Below are positions 1 through 9,200 of a DNA stretch of 64,000 bases, one piece after another; positions within the stretch are counted from its first letter, which is position 1; every line of letters begins with the position of its first letter. Origin of the DNA: Acutalibacteraceae bacterium (GTDB lineage: Bacteria > Bacillota > Clostridia > Oscillospirales > Acutalibacteraceae). The notes beneath the pieces were generated by a model, which worked only from the letters and a program-made list of their open reading frames with translations, made no database searches and was not told the origin of the DNA. The position numbers and the translations under genes were made by a program. The stretch spans positions 15,745 to 79,744 of the forward strand of contig JAZUSK010000035.1 of assembly GCA_045606645.1 (NCBI GenBank), in the 5' to 3' direction.

Positions 1-1867
1 GGATATCTCTGCCGGGTTTCTCGAGCTCACCGATAATATCGGTAAGAGTGGGTACACCTACACCACATTCTGAGGCGGCTTTAGATAGACCGTATTCCTG
101 AACCTTACCACCAATGCCACAAGCACCCTGAGAGGCAACGTCCTTCTGAGAGTAGCCGAATATTTCCAAGAGCTTCTTCGCGGCGTCATAGCTTTCGGGG
201 TGAACACCGGTATTATCAAGAGCTGTCTTTCCGCCGGGCACACGAAGGAAGCCTGCGCACTGCTGGAATGCCTTGGGTCCGAGACCCTTAACCTTCTTAA
301 GGTCTGTTCTCGAATTAAAACCGCCGTTTTCGTTACGGAAGTTTACTATGTTTTTGGCAATAGTTGAGTTTACACCCGCAATATATTTGAGAAGTGAAAC
401 TGAAGCAGTATTAAGGTCAACACCTACAGCGTTAACGCAATCTTCAACAACGCCTGTAAGGGATTCGTCGAGCTGTGCAGGTGGAACGTCGTGCTGATAC
501 TGACCTACACCGATACTGCGGGGCTCAATCTTAACAAGCTCTGAAAGAGGGTCTTGAAGACGACGGGCGATAGAAACCGCAGAACGTACGGAAACGTCGA
601 AGTCGGGAAATTCCTCAGCGCCTAACTTTGATGCAGAGTAAACGGATGCACCTGCCTCGTTTACCACCATATATGATACAGGGCGATCGGCTTTCTTTAT
701 GGTATCGGCGATGAATATCTCGCTTTCCTTACTTGCGGTACCGTTACCGATAGAAATGCAATCAATGTTATATTTCTTAATAAGCTCGAGCACTCTCTTT
801 TCAGATTCCTCTATCTTTGACTGAGGGGGAGTAGGATAAATAACACCTGTAAAGAGCACTCTGCTGTTGCCGTCAACTACAGCCAATTTACAACCGGTTC
901 TGTAAGCGGGGTCAACTGCAAGAACTGTTTTGTTCTTAATGGGCGGTTGCATAAGGAGAGGCTTAAGGTTACTGCCGAACATCTTGATAGCCTGCTCGTT
1001 TGCCTTTTCTGTAAGATTATTTCTGATTTCATTCTCGAGAGAGGGGAATATAAGTCTTGAGTAACTGTCTGCCGCCGCTGCCTTACAAAAGTCTGTTGAT
1101 GAGCTACCGCTCTTTATAAACAACTGTTCTAAAAGAGAGAGGGCAACGTCTGTATCAACCTCAATACTTACCTTAAGGACGTTTTCCTTTTCACCGCGGT
1201 TTATAGCGAGTATTCTGTGAGAAGGAATCTTTGCAACGGGCTCTTGATACTCGTAGTACATAGAGTAAACGCTGTCTTCCTCGGTCTTGGCAACGGAGCG
1301 TACAACACCGCGCTTGTTAATAAGGTCCTTAAGAACCTTTCTTCCTTCGGGAGAGTCGGAAATTGCTTCCGCAATGATATCGGATGCGCCCTGCAAAGCC
1401 TCTTCGGGAGAATTTACGCCCTTTTCCTCGTTAACGTATTCTGCGGCGATTTCATTAAGATCAACACCCTTAAGCTCGAAGGAGAATAATATATCTGCAA
1501 GGGGTTGAAGACCCTTTTCTTTTGCGACAGATGCGCGGGTCTTTCTCTTCTGCTTATAGGGTCTGTATATGTCCTCTACCTCTGCGAGGGTAACGGCTTC
1601 ATTGACCGCTGCAATGATTTCATCGGTCAACTTGCCCTGCTCCTCGATAGAAGAGATAACCTCTTCCTTACGCTTCTTAAGATTGCGAAGATATGTGAGG
1701 CGGTCGTTTATCTCACGGAGCTTCTGGTCGTCGCAGGATCCTGTCATTTCCTTACGGTAACGGGCAATAAAGGGGATGGTATTGCCGTCGTCAATAAGAG
1801 AAACGATATTTGTAATATGAGCTTCACTCATATTAAATTCATTTTGTAAAAGCTTTAAGATTTCCAT
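1..1867 (-). CDS. tex: Tex-like transcription accessory protein (S1 RNA-binding family). N-terminal ~622 codons only; the C-terminus runs off the left edge.
   Basis: Minus-strand frame is open from ATG at 1867 to the window edge. It is absent from the ORF track because there is no stop in the window. Hand translation MEILKLLQNEFNMSEAHITNIVSLIDDGNTIPFIARYRKEMTG... matches the conserved Tex/YhgF N-terminus. Plus-strand ORFs here are short shadows. Confidence 0.85.
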   Translation of the reverse strand, partial: MEILKLLQNEFNMSEAHITNIVSLIDDGNTIPFIARYRKEMTGSCDDQKLREINDRLTYLRNLKKRKEEVISSIEEQGKLTDEIIAAVNEAVTLAEVEDIYRPYKQKRKTRASVAKEKGLQPLADILFSFELKGVDLNEIAAEYVNEEKGVNSPEEALQGASDIIAEAISDSPEGRKVLKDLINKRGVVRSVAKTEEDSVYSMYYEYQEPVAKIPSHRILAINRGEKENVLKVSIEVDTDVALSLLEQLFIKSGSSSTDFCKAAAADSYSRLIFPSLENEIRNNLTEKANEQAIKMFGSNLKPLLMQPPIKNKTVLAVDPAYRTGCKLAVVDGNSRVLFTGVIYPTPPQSKIEESEKRVLELIKKYNIDCISIGNGTASKESEIFIADTIKKADRPVSYMVVNEAGASVYSASKLGAEEFPDFDVSVRSAVSIARRLQDPLSELVKIEPRSIGVGQYQHDVPPAQLDESLTGVVEDCVNAVGVDLNTASVSLLKYIAGVNSTIAKNIVNFRNENGGFNSRTDLKKVKGLGPKAFQQCAGFLRVPGGKTALDNTGVHPESYDAAKKLLEIFGYSQKDVASQGACGIGGKVQEYGLSKAASECGVGVPTLTDIIGELEKPGRDI

Positions 1868-1998
1868 GGTATCGTCCTTTATATTATAATAGTATATATA
1901 ATATCATAAAAAAGAGTAAAAGTCATCAGATAGTTGATTATTATTTTTCTTTTTGCTACAATAATTGTGAGAGATGCGTTTAAGCGAGGTGTGATGAT

Positions 1999-2613
1999 GT
2001 GAAGGTGTTGGCAGAGCGTTCAAATACAATATTCTTTTTGGGACCTCCGATAATTGCAATGTGCTTTTTTTATATGTATATGTATTGGTTCATTTGGGGT
2101 GGGACAATACGTTTTTATAGACGGTACTCACTCCTCGGTTTTGTTGTAGTGTTGTTTTTTTCTACGCTATATAATTTTATACACAGATTATTTATACCAA
2201 AGATTATTATTGAGTACGATAAGGCCGGAATATACGTGTACAATAAGCGTAGGGGTGACCCTATAATAATTCGGTTTGAACATTTATGGAGTTCTATGTC
2301 ATTTGGTGGCGAGGACGCTTTTGATGAGCTTGATAAACCGGAATACGTGGAGAAATATTATTTAAATAAACCACCGCCACTATATACGGGATGTTGTAGC
2401 TGTAATATGACAACGGGTACGCTTCGTATTGAATTACCTAACCAATTTATAACCTTGCACGGTATAAAAGAGGTGGGTGTTGTGAGGCTTAAGCTTGATA
2501 GCCTCGTAAGAAAACATTATGAAGAAAAAATGGCATTTTATGAAGAACAGATGATGAAGCGTCAACGAGAAACTGAGCTCGAAGAATTAAGAAAACACGA
2601 CCCCAATACATAA
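1999..2613 (+). CDS. Hypothetical membrane protein (two N-terminal hydrophobic segments, charged C-terminal helix)
   Basis: 204-codon ORF. GTG start lies 7 nt after GAGGTG. Hydrophobic stretches FFLGPPIIAMCFFYMYMYWFIW and LLGFVVVLFFSTLY. No family recognised. Confidence 0.5.
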   Translation: MKVLAERSNTIFFLGPPIIAMCFFYMYMYWFIWGGTIRFYRRYSLLGFVVVLFFSTLYNFIHRLFIPKIIIEYDKAGIYVYNKRRGDPIIIRFEHLWSSMSFGGEDAFDELDKPEYVEKYYLNKPPPLYTGCCSCNMTTGTLRIELPNQFITLHGIKEVGVVRLKLDSLVRKHYEEKMAFYEEQMMKRQRETELEELRKHDPNT

Positions 2614-2753
2614 AATTTTATAAAAATGGCAGAAAATGGTGATTTGTTCACAATTTGTTTACAAAGTTATGACATTGTTGCAACATTGATATGTTATATA
2701 ATAGATAGACAATTTGATTGCTAATCATTTCATTTTCTCTTTCCAAAGAAAAA

Positions 2754-2795
2754 CCCCTCGTCTGGTTGGTAGGACGAGGGCTTTTTCTTTTTTCT
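2754..2795 (+). terminator. Rho-independent terminator-like hairpin
   Basis: CCCCTCGTC...GACGAGGG stem followed by CTTTTTCTTTTTTCTTTTT. Lies about 140 nt after the stop at 2613. Confidence 0.6.
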
Positions 2796-2799
2796 TTTT

Positions 2800-3160
2800 G
2801 TGATATTTGGCGTCTGACTTGTTTTATTTTGCTCGGCGTACCTTTGTACGCTGTCGCTCGATAAAATTACGTCATACATCCAAATCTCGCAAAAAAAGTT
2901 AGGTTGGTGATGTTTGGCGTCTGAATTATTTTACCTCGCTTGACGTACCTTTGTACGCTGTCGCTCGATAAAATTGCGTCATACATTCAAATCTCGCAAA
3001 AAAGTTAGGTTGGTGATATTTGACGTCTGACTTGTTTTATCTCGCTCGACGTACCTTTGTACGCTGTCACTCAATAAAACTGCGTCATACATCCAAATCT
3101 CGCAAAAAGATAAGGTTGGTGATATTTGGCGTCTGACTTGTTTTATTTTGCTCGACGTAC
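2800..3160. repeat. Tandem array of a ~106-bp unit: 3 full copies plus 1 truncated copy
   Basis: Units start at 2800, 2907, 3013 and 3119 (GTGATATTTGGCGTCTGACTTG...). They are contiguous with no spacers and differ by scattered substitutions. Each has a GTACCTTTGTAC core and partial dyad symmetry. Confidence 0.9.
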
Positions 3161-3166
3161 TGCTTA

Positions 3167-3216
3167 AAATTAGGAATGAGTAATTAAGGGCAAGCGGTAA
3201 AAGATTTTATTATACG
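3167..3216 (+). repeat. Copy of the dispersed AATT-word/GGG module
   Basis: AATTAGGAATGAGTAATTAAGGGCAAGCGG...ATTTTATTATACGCG. Resembles the modules at 31126, 3694 and elsewhere. Confidence 0.6.
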
Positions 3217-3224
3217 CGTCAAAT

Positions 3225-3538
3225 GGCGCTATAACTCTCCACCAACGCTCCGTTACACTTCGCGTCGGTCCCCCTCTCTACACTAGAGAGGTCAGGAGCA
3301 AGGCATCTTTTTTGTTCTCGGAGAGTTAATCATATGAATGAATAACAGAAAATTCTTTTTTGATGATTATTGAATATATCAAGCGGTTCAGAAGAGAGTT
3401 GTAGCGGTATGTTGACCTCTCTAGTGTAGAGAGGGGGACCGTCTTGATATAAAATCGTTGTATTAATAGAGCTTCAAGCGTGTTAACAAACTTTCTGTCT
3501 CGAGGCTGTTAGGTGGAACGGTGGAGAGTTATAGTGCC
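3225..3538. repeat. Nested inverted repeats: outer 19-nt pair and inner perfect 28-nt pair
   Basis: GGCGCTATAACTCTCCACC (3225-3243) versus GGTGGAGAGTTATAGTGCC (3520-3538), one mismatch. GGTCCCCCTCTCTACACTAGAGAGGTCA (3267-3294) is the exact reverse complement of 3413-3440. Each 28-mer is itself hairpin-forming (CCTCTCTA-CAC-TAGAGAGG). Confidence 0.9.
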
Positions 3539-3640
3539 GTAAGGCACGTATTATTGCAATGCCGTTCCTATCGTACGTTATCGTTTTGATTAGTTTATCG
3601 TTGTTGAACGCATGAATGCGTTCACTACTGCTTTTCTAAC

Positions 3641-3684
3641 ATATAATAAAAAGCTTCGCAATACGTTACTGTATCGCGAAGCTT
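3641..3684 (-). terminator. Rho-independent terminator of the minus-strand GRE operon
   Basis: AAGCTTCGCGATAC...GTATTGCGAAGCTT stem followed by TTTTATTAT on the minus strand. A nearly identical hairpin recurs at 31759-31792. Confidence 0.6.
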
Positions 3685-3693
3685 TTATTATTG

Positions 3694-3747
3694 TTCGGAA
3701 GCGAAGCTTCCCCTTAATTCCTAATTCCTCATTCCTAATTCCCAATT
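3694..3747 (-). repeat. Copy of the dispersed AATT-word/GGGG/hairpin module
   Basis: Minus-strand reading AATTGGGAATTAGGAATGAGGAATTAGGAATTAAGGGGAAGCTTCGCTTCCGAA, directly after the stop at 3746. Confidence 0.7.
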
Positions 3748-4396
3748 AAAGTTCATTTATGAACTTGATTACCTTCTTCGGTACTTTGAGAGAATCCGGA
3801 ATGGTATCCTTTCTGAATACAAGGTCAAGAATAAGCCACTCGTCGGATTTCACGATATTCTTAAGTCGCTTTGTGTACATAGCAACCTTTTCTTCGTCGC
3901 CATTGTGCTTTGATACAATAAGGCAACCTAAGTTTTCGTAAAGACGGTCATTTCGTAAACCTAAATCCACCTCGCCCATACTGTTGTTAAGGTGCTTTTC
4001 CAATTCCTCGGAATAAGTGAAATCATCACGATGGATTATTGCTCTGAGCATAAGGGCGTGAGTGCCGTCGAATTTTGTGTTATTGAGAACGTATTTATCG
4101 TATGCGGTATATGCTTTTACGAAGTCATCCATATAGAACTCGTACAACTGACCGAGACAATAATATACGAGAGCCTTATAGTTAGAATCCTTTACGTCGA
4201 AGTAGTGCTGTGTAGCATAAACGAGAATGGTCTCTGCGCTGACGAGATTTCTATGGTCTCCGCGTTTCATAAGCTCGGTAGCTGCCTCTACGACCATTTC
4301 GCATTTATCTTCGTTAAAGTAGTCATCGAGAGTACGGAAGAAATTGCCGTTTACGGCAGAATCCCAATATTGAATACCTAAGAGATGTTCTATCAT
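3746..4396 (-). CDS. Hypothetical protein, last gene of the GRE operon
   Basis: 216-codon ORF. Its start lies 1 nt after the upstream gene's stop (4398). Helical, TPR-like feel (YYCLGQLYEFYMDDFVKAYTAYDKY). No family recognised. Confidence 0.6.
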   Translation of the reverse strand: MIEHLLGIQYWDSAVNGNFFRTLDDYFNEDKCEMVVEAATELMKRGDHRNLVSAETILVYATQHYFDVKDSNYKALVYYCLGQLYEFYMDDFVKAYTAYDKYVLNNTKFDGTHALMLRAIIHRDDFTYSEELEKHLNNSMGEVDLGLRNDRLYENLGCLIVSKHNGDEEKVAMYTKRLKNIVKSDEWLILDLVFRKDTIPDSLKVPKKVIKFINEL

Positions 4397-4397
4397 A

Positions 4398-5456
4398 TTA
4401 TACCTCCGGTGGCAGACAAGCCGCTAAGGTAAGGCTTTTATCTGACTTTACTGTGAGTTTGTCATTGCAGGAATAGGGCATAAAGAAGTAGTCGCCCTTC
4501 TTGATTTCTTTCTCGTATCCATCGCCTACGAGAATACCGCATCCATCGGTTACTACGTAAACGCATGGGCCGAGAAGCTTTTCGGTTTCGCCTCCGTTTA
4601 TTACGTATCTTTCAACACCGAAGCAGGGCGTATCATTTTTGCCGATGAGACACTCTTTCTTGCAAGCGTCGTTTTCGTAAACGATTGTATGGGTCTTCTT
4701 ACATTCATTCATAACTCTGTCCAGATTATATGAGTAATCGAATACGGAAAGAGCAGTTTCCTTATTAAGTCCGAGATACATTTCGTTATCGGAAAGCTTA
4801 TAATCACCGCACCATCTTTCGGGCTGGATAGTGAAGTCTGTGGGCTCCTGCACCTCTAAAATAAGACATCCGCAGCCGATAGCGTGTACAGCCTTTGCGG
4901 GGATGAAATATACGTCGCCGGGCTTAACGGGGATACGGTTAAGAAGTCTTTCCATAGTGGATTTATCATTTTCACTGTCTGCTACCGCTTTTTCAAAATC
5001 ATCAGCGGTAACGCCATCCTTGAAGCCGAAATAGATACAAGCGTCTTCTCTTGCCCCCAAAACGAGCCAAGACTCTGCTTTACCGAATTCTGAGTTGAAA
5101 TTCACCCTTGAAAATGCCTTGTCGGGGTGAGCCTGCACGGGTAAGCGGATAGCAGAATCAAGAGCTTTTACGAGTACGTCGAGCCCATTTCTGTTGCCGA
5201 GCATAAGCTCCTTTTCTTTCTCTAAAAGCTCGTCAAAATGGATATCTGTACCGAGTACTGTTGACAAGCCCTCGTATGGGTCTGTGCTACCCTCGTTGAG
5301 AGCCTTTGTAGATGAGCATATCCATTCCTCGGGATAAAAACCGTCTTCGCTGTTATCTCCGAAAAATTCGGAGAAAAGCTTACCGCCAAGATATACTCTG
5401 AAAACCCTGTTTTTCTCAAAGAAAACGGGGTTGCTTGCTAATTTTACAGTATCCAT
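4398..5456 (-). CDS. Class I mannose-6-phosphate isomerase-like cupin
   Basis: 352 aa. Contains VQAHPDK and AKAVHAIGCGCLILEVQEPTD, which are typical of type I PMI metal-binding motifs. GAGGTG lies 4 nt upstream of the ATG. Confidence 0.75.
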   Translation of the reverse strand: MDTVKLASNPVFFEKNRVFRVYLGGKLFSEFFGDNSEDGFYPEEWICSSTKALNEGSTDPYEGLSTVLGTDIHFDELLEKEKELMLGNRNGLDVLVKALDSAIRLPVQAHPDKAFSRVNFNSEFGKAESWLVLGAREDACIYFGFKDGVTADDFEKAVADSENDKSTMERLLNRIPVKPGDVYFIPAKAVHAIGCGCLILEVQEPTDFTIQPERWCGDYKLSDNEMYLGLNKETALSVFDYSYNLDRVMNECKKTHTIVYENDACKKECLIGKNDTPCFGVERYVINGGETEKLLGPCVYVVTDGCGILVGDGYEKEIKKGDYFFMPYSCNDKLTVKSDKSLTLAACLPPEV

Positions 5457-5459
5457 AAT

Positions 5460-6821
5460 TCACCTCAAAAGTGCATCTTGCGATGCTTTGATATCTTTAA
5501 AAATTCCGCTTGCGGCACAAGAGAATACACAAGCACCTACCGCCGCTTCTTCGGAATGGAGAGGGAGCTCTGCGCTCATAGAGAAATGGTCCTCAAAAAT
5601 CTTACGCCATAAATCGCTCTTTCTAAGACCGTTACCCGAGCAAATGAGATTCTCGTGGGAAAATACTAAGCTGAACATAGCTTGCTCATACATATCATGG
5701 AGCTCATTTGCCACACCGTCTAAAACTCCGTAAATGAGGTTTGCGGGGGTGAAATTGTCTGCACTGATATCTTCAACGCTACCGCGGGAATCGGGGTCTT
5801 CACGTGTGCCGCAGAATTCACAATTCACAAAAAGCGGATTGTCTGCGTTTCTTGCCGTCTGGGCGAGAGCATCCATTTTAGTGTATAAATCATCGTCTGA
5901 ACCGCCGAGGAAATCGGCGCACATAGAAAAGAAGCGCTTAAGTATGGCATAAGCTCTGCCACCACAGAGAGATGCACCGACAAATATATATTTATCCTCC
6001 GTAAGTGGGCGGATTTCGCCGAGTCTCGGTGTAACTACTTCATTAGTCATAAAGGAAACTTGACTGCCCGTACCCACGTTTACAAGTACGGAGTTTTCGG
6101 GATCTGCAACGGAGCCGAGGAAGCTTGCCTGATTGTCGCCGATAGCAACCGCTACGGGTATTCCCTCAGGGAGAAAATCGCACTTAGTAGTGCCGATACA
6201 TTCTGTACCGCTGATTACGCGGGGAAGGAAATCTTCATTTATCCCCGCAATCTCAAGTGCTTTTCTGTCAAAGCAAAGCTCCTCTAAATCAAAGAAGCCG
6301 AGACTTGCACCGTCGGATGAATGGGTGACGGGCTTTGTGTCTGTGAGAAGTGCTCCGAGATAATCGTGGATAGTAGATAGCAGAACCGCATCTTCGGGTA
6401 CAAGGCTATTTTTAAGGTTGTAAAAATGAGTTGTAAGACCAAAGCCGCTTGCTGCCTTTATTCCTGTTGTGCGGGTGAGATATTCGGCGTAGGTTTCGCT
6501 GTCGGAATAGTTCTTGTTACCTCTCTCATCCTGCCATATCATAAGGGGAGAGCAGGGCTTGTTATCCTTATCGAGATAAAGAATACCATGCATCTGTCCT
6601 GTAATACCGATAGCATCGGGATAGGCGTCGAAGATAACTTCTTTTACGGCGGATTTAACCGTTTCTACTATCTTTTGAGGGTTTTGGAGCTTTTCAAAGC
6701 TCTTGCCCTCTATAAAACTGTCGTTCTTAAGAGTACAACTTTTTACAACTGATTTAGTATCTGTGTCAAGAAGTAAAGCAGTTACTGTTGTCGTACCAAT
6801 ATCAATACCTAATATCTTCAT
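5460..6821 (-). CDS. FGGY-family carbohydrate kinase
   Basis: 453 aa. N-terminus MKILGIDIGTTTV and GITGQMHG..., typical of FGGY/actin-fold sugar kinases. Confidence 0.8.
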   Translation of the reverse strand: MKILGIDIGTTTVTALLLDTDTKSVVKSCTLKNDSFIEGKSFEKLQNPQKIVETVKSAVKEVIFDAYPDAIGITGQMHGILYLDKDNKPCSPLMIWQDERGNKNYSDSETYAEYLTRTTGIKAASGFGLTTHFYNLKNSLVPEDAVLLSTIHDYLGALLTDTKPVTHSSDGASLGFFDLEELCFDRKALEIAGINEDFLPRVISGTECIGTTKCDFLPEGIPVAVAIGDNQASFLGSVADPENSVLVNVGTGSQVSFMTNEVVTPRLGEIRPLTEDKYIFVGASLCGGRAYAILKRFFSMCADFLGGSDDDLYTKMDALAQTARNADNPLFVNCEFCGTREDPDSRGSVEDISADNFTPANLIYGVLDGVANELHDMYEQAMFSLVFSHENLICSGNGLRKSDLWRKIFEDHFSMSAELPLHSEEAAVGACVFSCAASGIFKDIKASQDALLR

Positions 6822-6824
6822 AGC

Positions 6825-9191
6825 TTAGCACATTACCGTAGTTGATGCGGGGTCAAGACGGCGGATAATATCCTCTTGAATAGCGGGGGAAAGATCGAGG
6901 AAGTTTACGAAAGTACCGTGAATTCTCATAATATATACACCGCTGGGCGCATATTTTTTGGGCTCTGCAAGTACTTTTTTAAGAATCTCTGCAGTAGTAA
7001 CGTTTACGTAGAGATAGAAGGGTGCAACGTTTTCATTGAGCTCGTTGAAGAAAAGAGGCTTCATAACCTTGTCGCGGAATTCAACGCCCTTACCCTCGTA
7101 ATCCTTGCTCATAAAGTATTTGGGGTCAATACCGAAGTGAGAAGCGTAACCTCCGCACATTTTGTTAAAGGGAAGCTTCATAAGGCTGAGTGTGCGGAAG
7201 CCGAGACCATTCTGTGCCTCGCCGTAGAGGGGGTCAACGCCGTAGTTGAGCATATCTCTTGACTTTCTGCCGCAGGGAAGAGCGCCTACCCAATAGCCGT
7301 AAAGAAGATGGGTTGAGGGAGTGGAGAAGTCGGGACGGAAGTTGTTGCCAAGATAGTTTTTCTCTGCTCTTACAATGTCTGCAATCTTATTTGTAACCTC
7401 TGCGGTTTCATCATCTACGAGAGTATTGTTGTTACCGAATTTGGGTGCGGAGAGAAGGTACTCTCTTAATTCTTCGTAGCCCTCAAAATTACATCTGAGA
7501 GCATCCAAGAGTTTCTCTGCATCTTCGGGTCTTTCCTCTACTAATTTATCAATAGCAATAAAGGAATCTGCTACCACGCTTGAGCCGTGGATGAGGCAAC
7601 CGCTACCGTTGTACTTCGTGCCTTGGTGGGTGATGTCACGTGTATCATAGCCTGATTCAATACCGCCCATAACTGTGCTGAGGAAGGGCACGGGAAGGTG
7701 AGAAATAGCACGTGATGCACCGTTTGCCGCCTTTACCATTTCGTCGCAATAGTACTGAGCATTCTTGTAGAAACGCTCTCTGATATTCTTGAGAGCTGTA
7801 AGGGCATCGGTAGGCTCACACTGAGTACCGATTTCCTCGCCCGTAATAAGAGACTTACCGTCGTTGAGAGTAAGCTCGAGAATTTTTGCAAGGTTAAACC
7901 AGCTGTTTGTGGTGTTTGCGTTATCCTTACCCATAATAAGGGGCTCCTGACAACCTGCAATAGAGGTGTCCTCTACGTCGTCAATATCAACGCCTGCTTC
8001 GGGAAGCACCTTGAAAAGAGAGTCGTCATTGAAGAATGAGGGGGTAAGACAACCGGGAGTGAAAAGGAATCTGCCCAGCTCCTCGTAAAGCTTCTCGGGT
8101 GTGTTCTTGTGAAGCTTAACCGAGAGAATAGGCTGAGGAAGATTCATGTCGTAGTATGCGTCGAGAAGAGCGTAGGTAGAGTCGTTTGTAAGGTCGTTTC
8201 CGTCCTTGTCACGACCGCTTACAATAAGATTTTGTGAGATTGCCCAGCTTCTGTCTGCTACATTGAAAAATACGAGGAAATGCTTGAAGAGAGCGGCGGT
8301 CTCGTCTCTTGAAAGACCGTCTGCGGCTCTGTAAGGTTCAAAGATTCTGTCTGCATTACCTACTGAAAAGGCGAAGGGGTTGGGAGCCTGCTCGAGACAC
8401 ATAGTTTCCCAAAGAAGGATGAAACTCTGAATTGCTTCGTAGAATGATTCTGCGCCCTTTTCGGGTACCTTTGCAAGAGTGTCGGAAAGGAGCTTTAGCT
8501 GTTCCTTTCTTTCGCCCTCCGCAACGGCCAATTTCTCGTCGGCAATAGCCTTATAACGCTTTGCGAGAATGAGTGCGCAGTCGAGAGCTATCTTCATTGC
8601 CTCATAGTTGTCGTATTGCTCGGGAGATGCGGTCTTCTGCTTCTCTTCGATATCAGCAATCATCTGTGCGATGCCGTTTTTAAGAGCATAGCGCATATCG
8701 GGGATAAGGTGACCCGTAACCTGCTCGATGAAGTAAGCAACCTCGCCGGTGTGTTTTTCACATGCCTTATAAACCTCGGAAAGTGATTTTACGTAATCCG
8801 TCTGCTTGTCGAGATTTCTGAGGGCATCAATACGCTCCTGAGGAAATTCCTCGGTAGCGTCGATATCATTATAAACTGCTGTAGGGTCACAATATCCTGC
8901 GAATGTTTCAACGCGGAATGAGGGGTTGATAAGAGCGTAGCTTCTTGCGAAGGCATCTCTCTGAGTGCCTGCAAATACAGCGTTATCGCTTATAGAAAGA
9001 GGGAGCACTTTAACCGCTTCGCGGAACTTTTCTGCTGCACGGAGCATAGGGGGGAGAGACTTATATTTAGCGTCTGCCTTCTGTTCCTCTTCCTTAATAA
9101 TAAACCAACCTTCAAGGTGGTTGATAGCACGCTCTTCTTTGAAGAGCGCGTTTGCCATTTCTGTAGTTTTTTGTGGATCAAATTTATACAT
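6825..9191 (-). CDS. Glycyl radical enzyme, PFL2/dehydratase-like subfamily, substrate unknown
   Basis: 788 aa. Thiyl loop IAGCQEP (Cys codon 7950-7952). C-terminal glycyl-radical motif MRIHGTFVNFLDLSPAIQEDIIRR (Gly codon 6915-6917). An activase gene is adjacent. Confidence 0.85.
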   Translation of the reverse strand: MYKFDPQKTTEMANALFKEERAINHLEGWFIIKEEEQKADAKYKSLPPMLRAAEKFREAVKVLPLSISDNAVFAGTQRDAFARSYALINPSFRVETFAGYCDPTAVYNDIDATEEFPQERIDALRNLDKQTDYVKSLSEVYKACEKHTGEVAYFIEQVTGHLIPDMRYALKNGIAQMIADIEEKQKTASPEQYDNYEAMKIALDCALILAKRYKAIADEKLAVAEGERKEQLKLLSDTLAKVPEKGAESFYEAIQSFILLWETMCLEQAPNPFAFSVGNADRIFEPYRAADGLSRDETAALFKHFLVFFNVADRSWAISQNLIVSGRDKDGNDLTNDSTYALLDAYYDMNLPQPILSVKLHKNTPEKLYEELGRFLFTPGCLTPSFFNDDSLFKVLPEAGVDIDDVEDTSIAGCQEPLIMGKDNANTTNSWFNLAKILELTLNDGKSLITGEEIGTQCEPTDALTALKNIRERFYKNAQYYCDEMVKAANGASRAISHLPVPFLSTVMGGIESGYDTRDITHQGTKYNGSGCLIHGSSVVADSFIAIDKLVEERPEDAEKLLDALRCNFEGYEELREYLLSAPKFGNNNTLVDDETAEVTNKIADIVRAEKNYLGNNFRPDFSTPSTHLLYGYWVGALPCGRKSRDMLNYGVDPLYGEAQNGLGFRTLSLMKLPFNKMCGGYASHFGIDPKYFMSKDYEGKGVEFRDKVMKPLFFNELNENVAPFYLYVNVTTAEILKKVLAEPKKYAPSGVYIMRIHGTFVNFLDLSPAIQEDIIRRLDPASTTVMC

Positions 9192-9200
9192 AAAATCACC

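Noticed and set aside
1217-1849. Several plus-strand ORFs of 63-114 aa
   Set aside because: They overlap the open minus-strand Tex frame, which has an unmistakable conserved N-terminus.
2626-2724. 32-aa ORF (MAENGDLFTICLQ...)
   Set aside because: It has no RBS, has low-complexity AT-rich codons, and lies in the 3' flank of the preceding gene.
2800-3160. Possible CRISPR array
   Set aside because: The units are ~106 bp and directly contiguous, with no unique spacers between them. There are no cas genes in the window. It is a plain tandem repeat.
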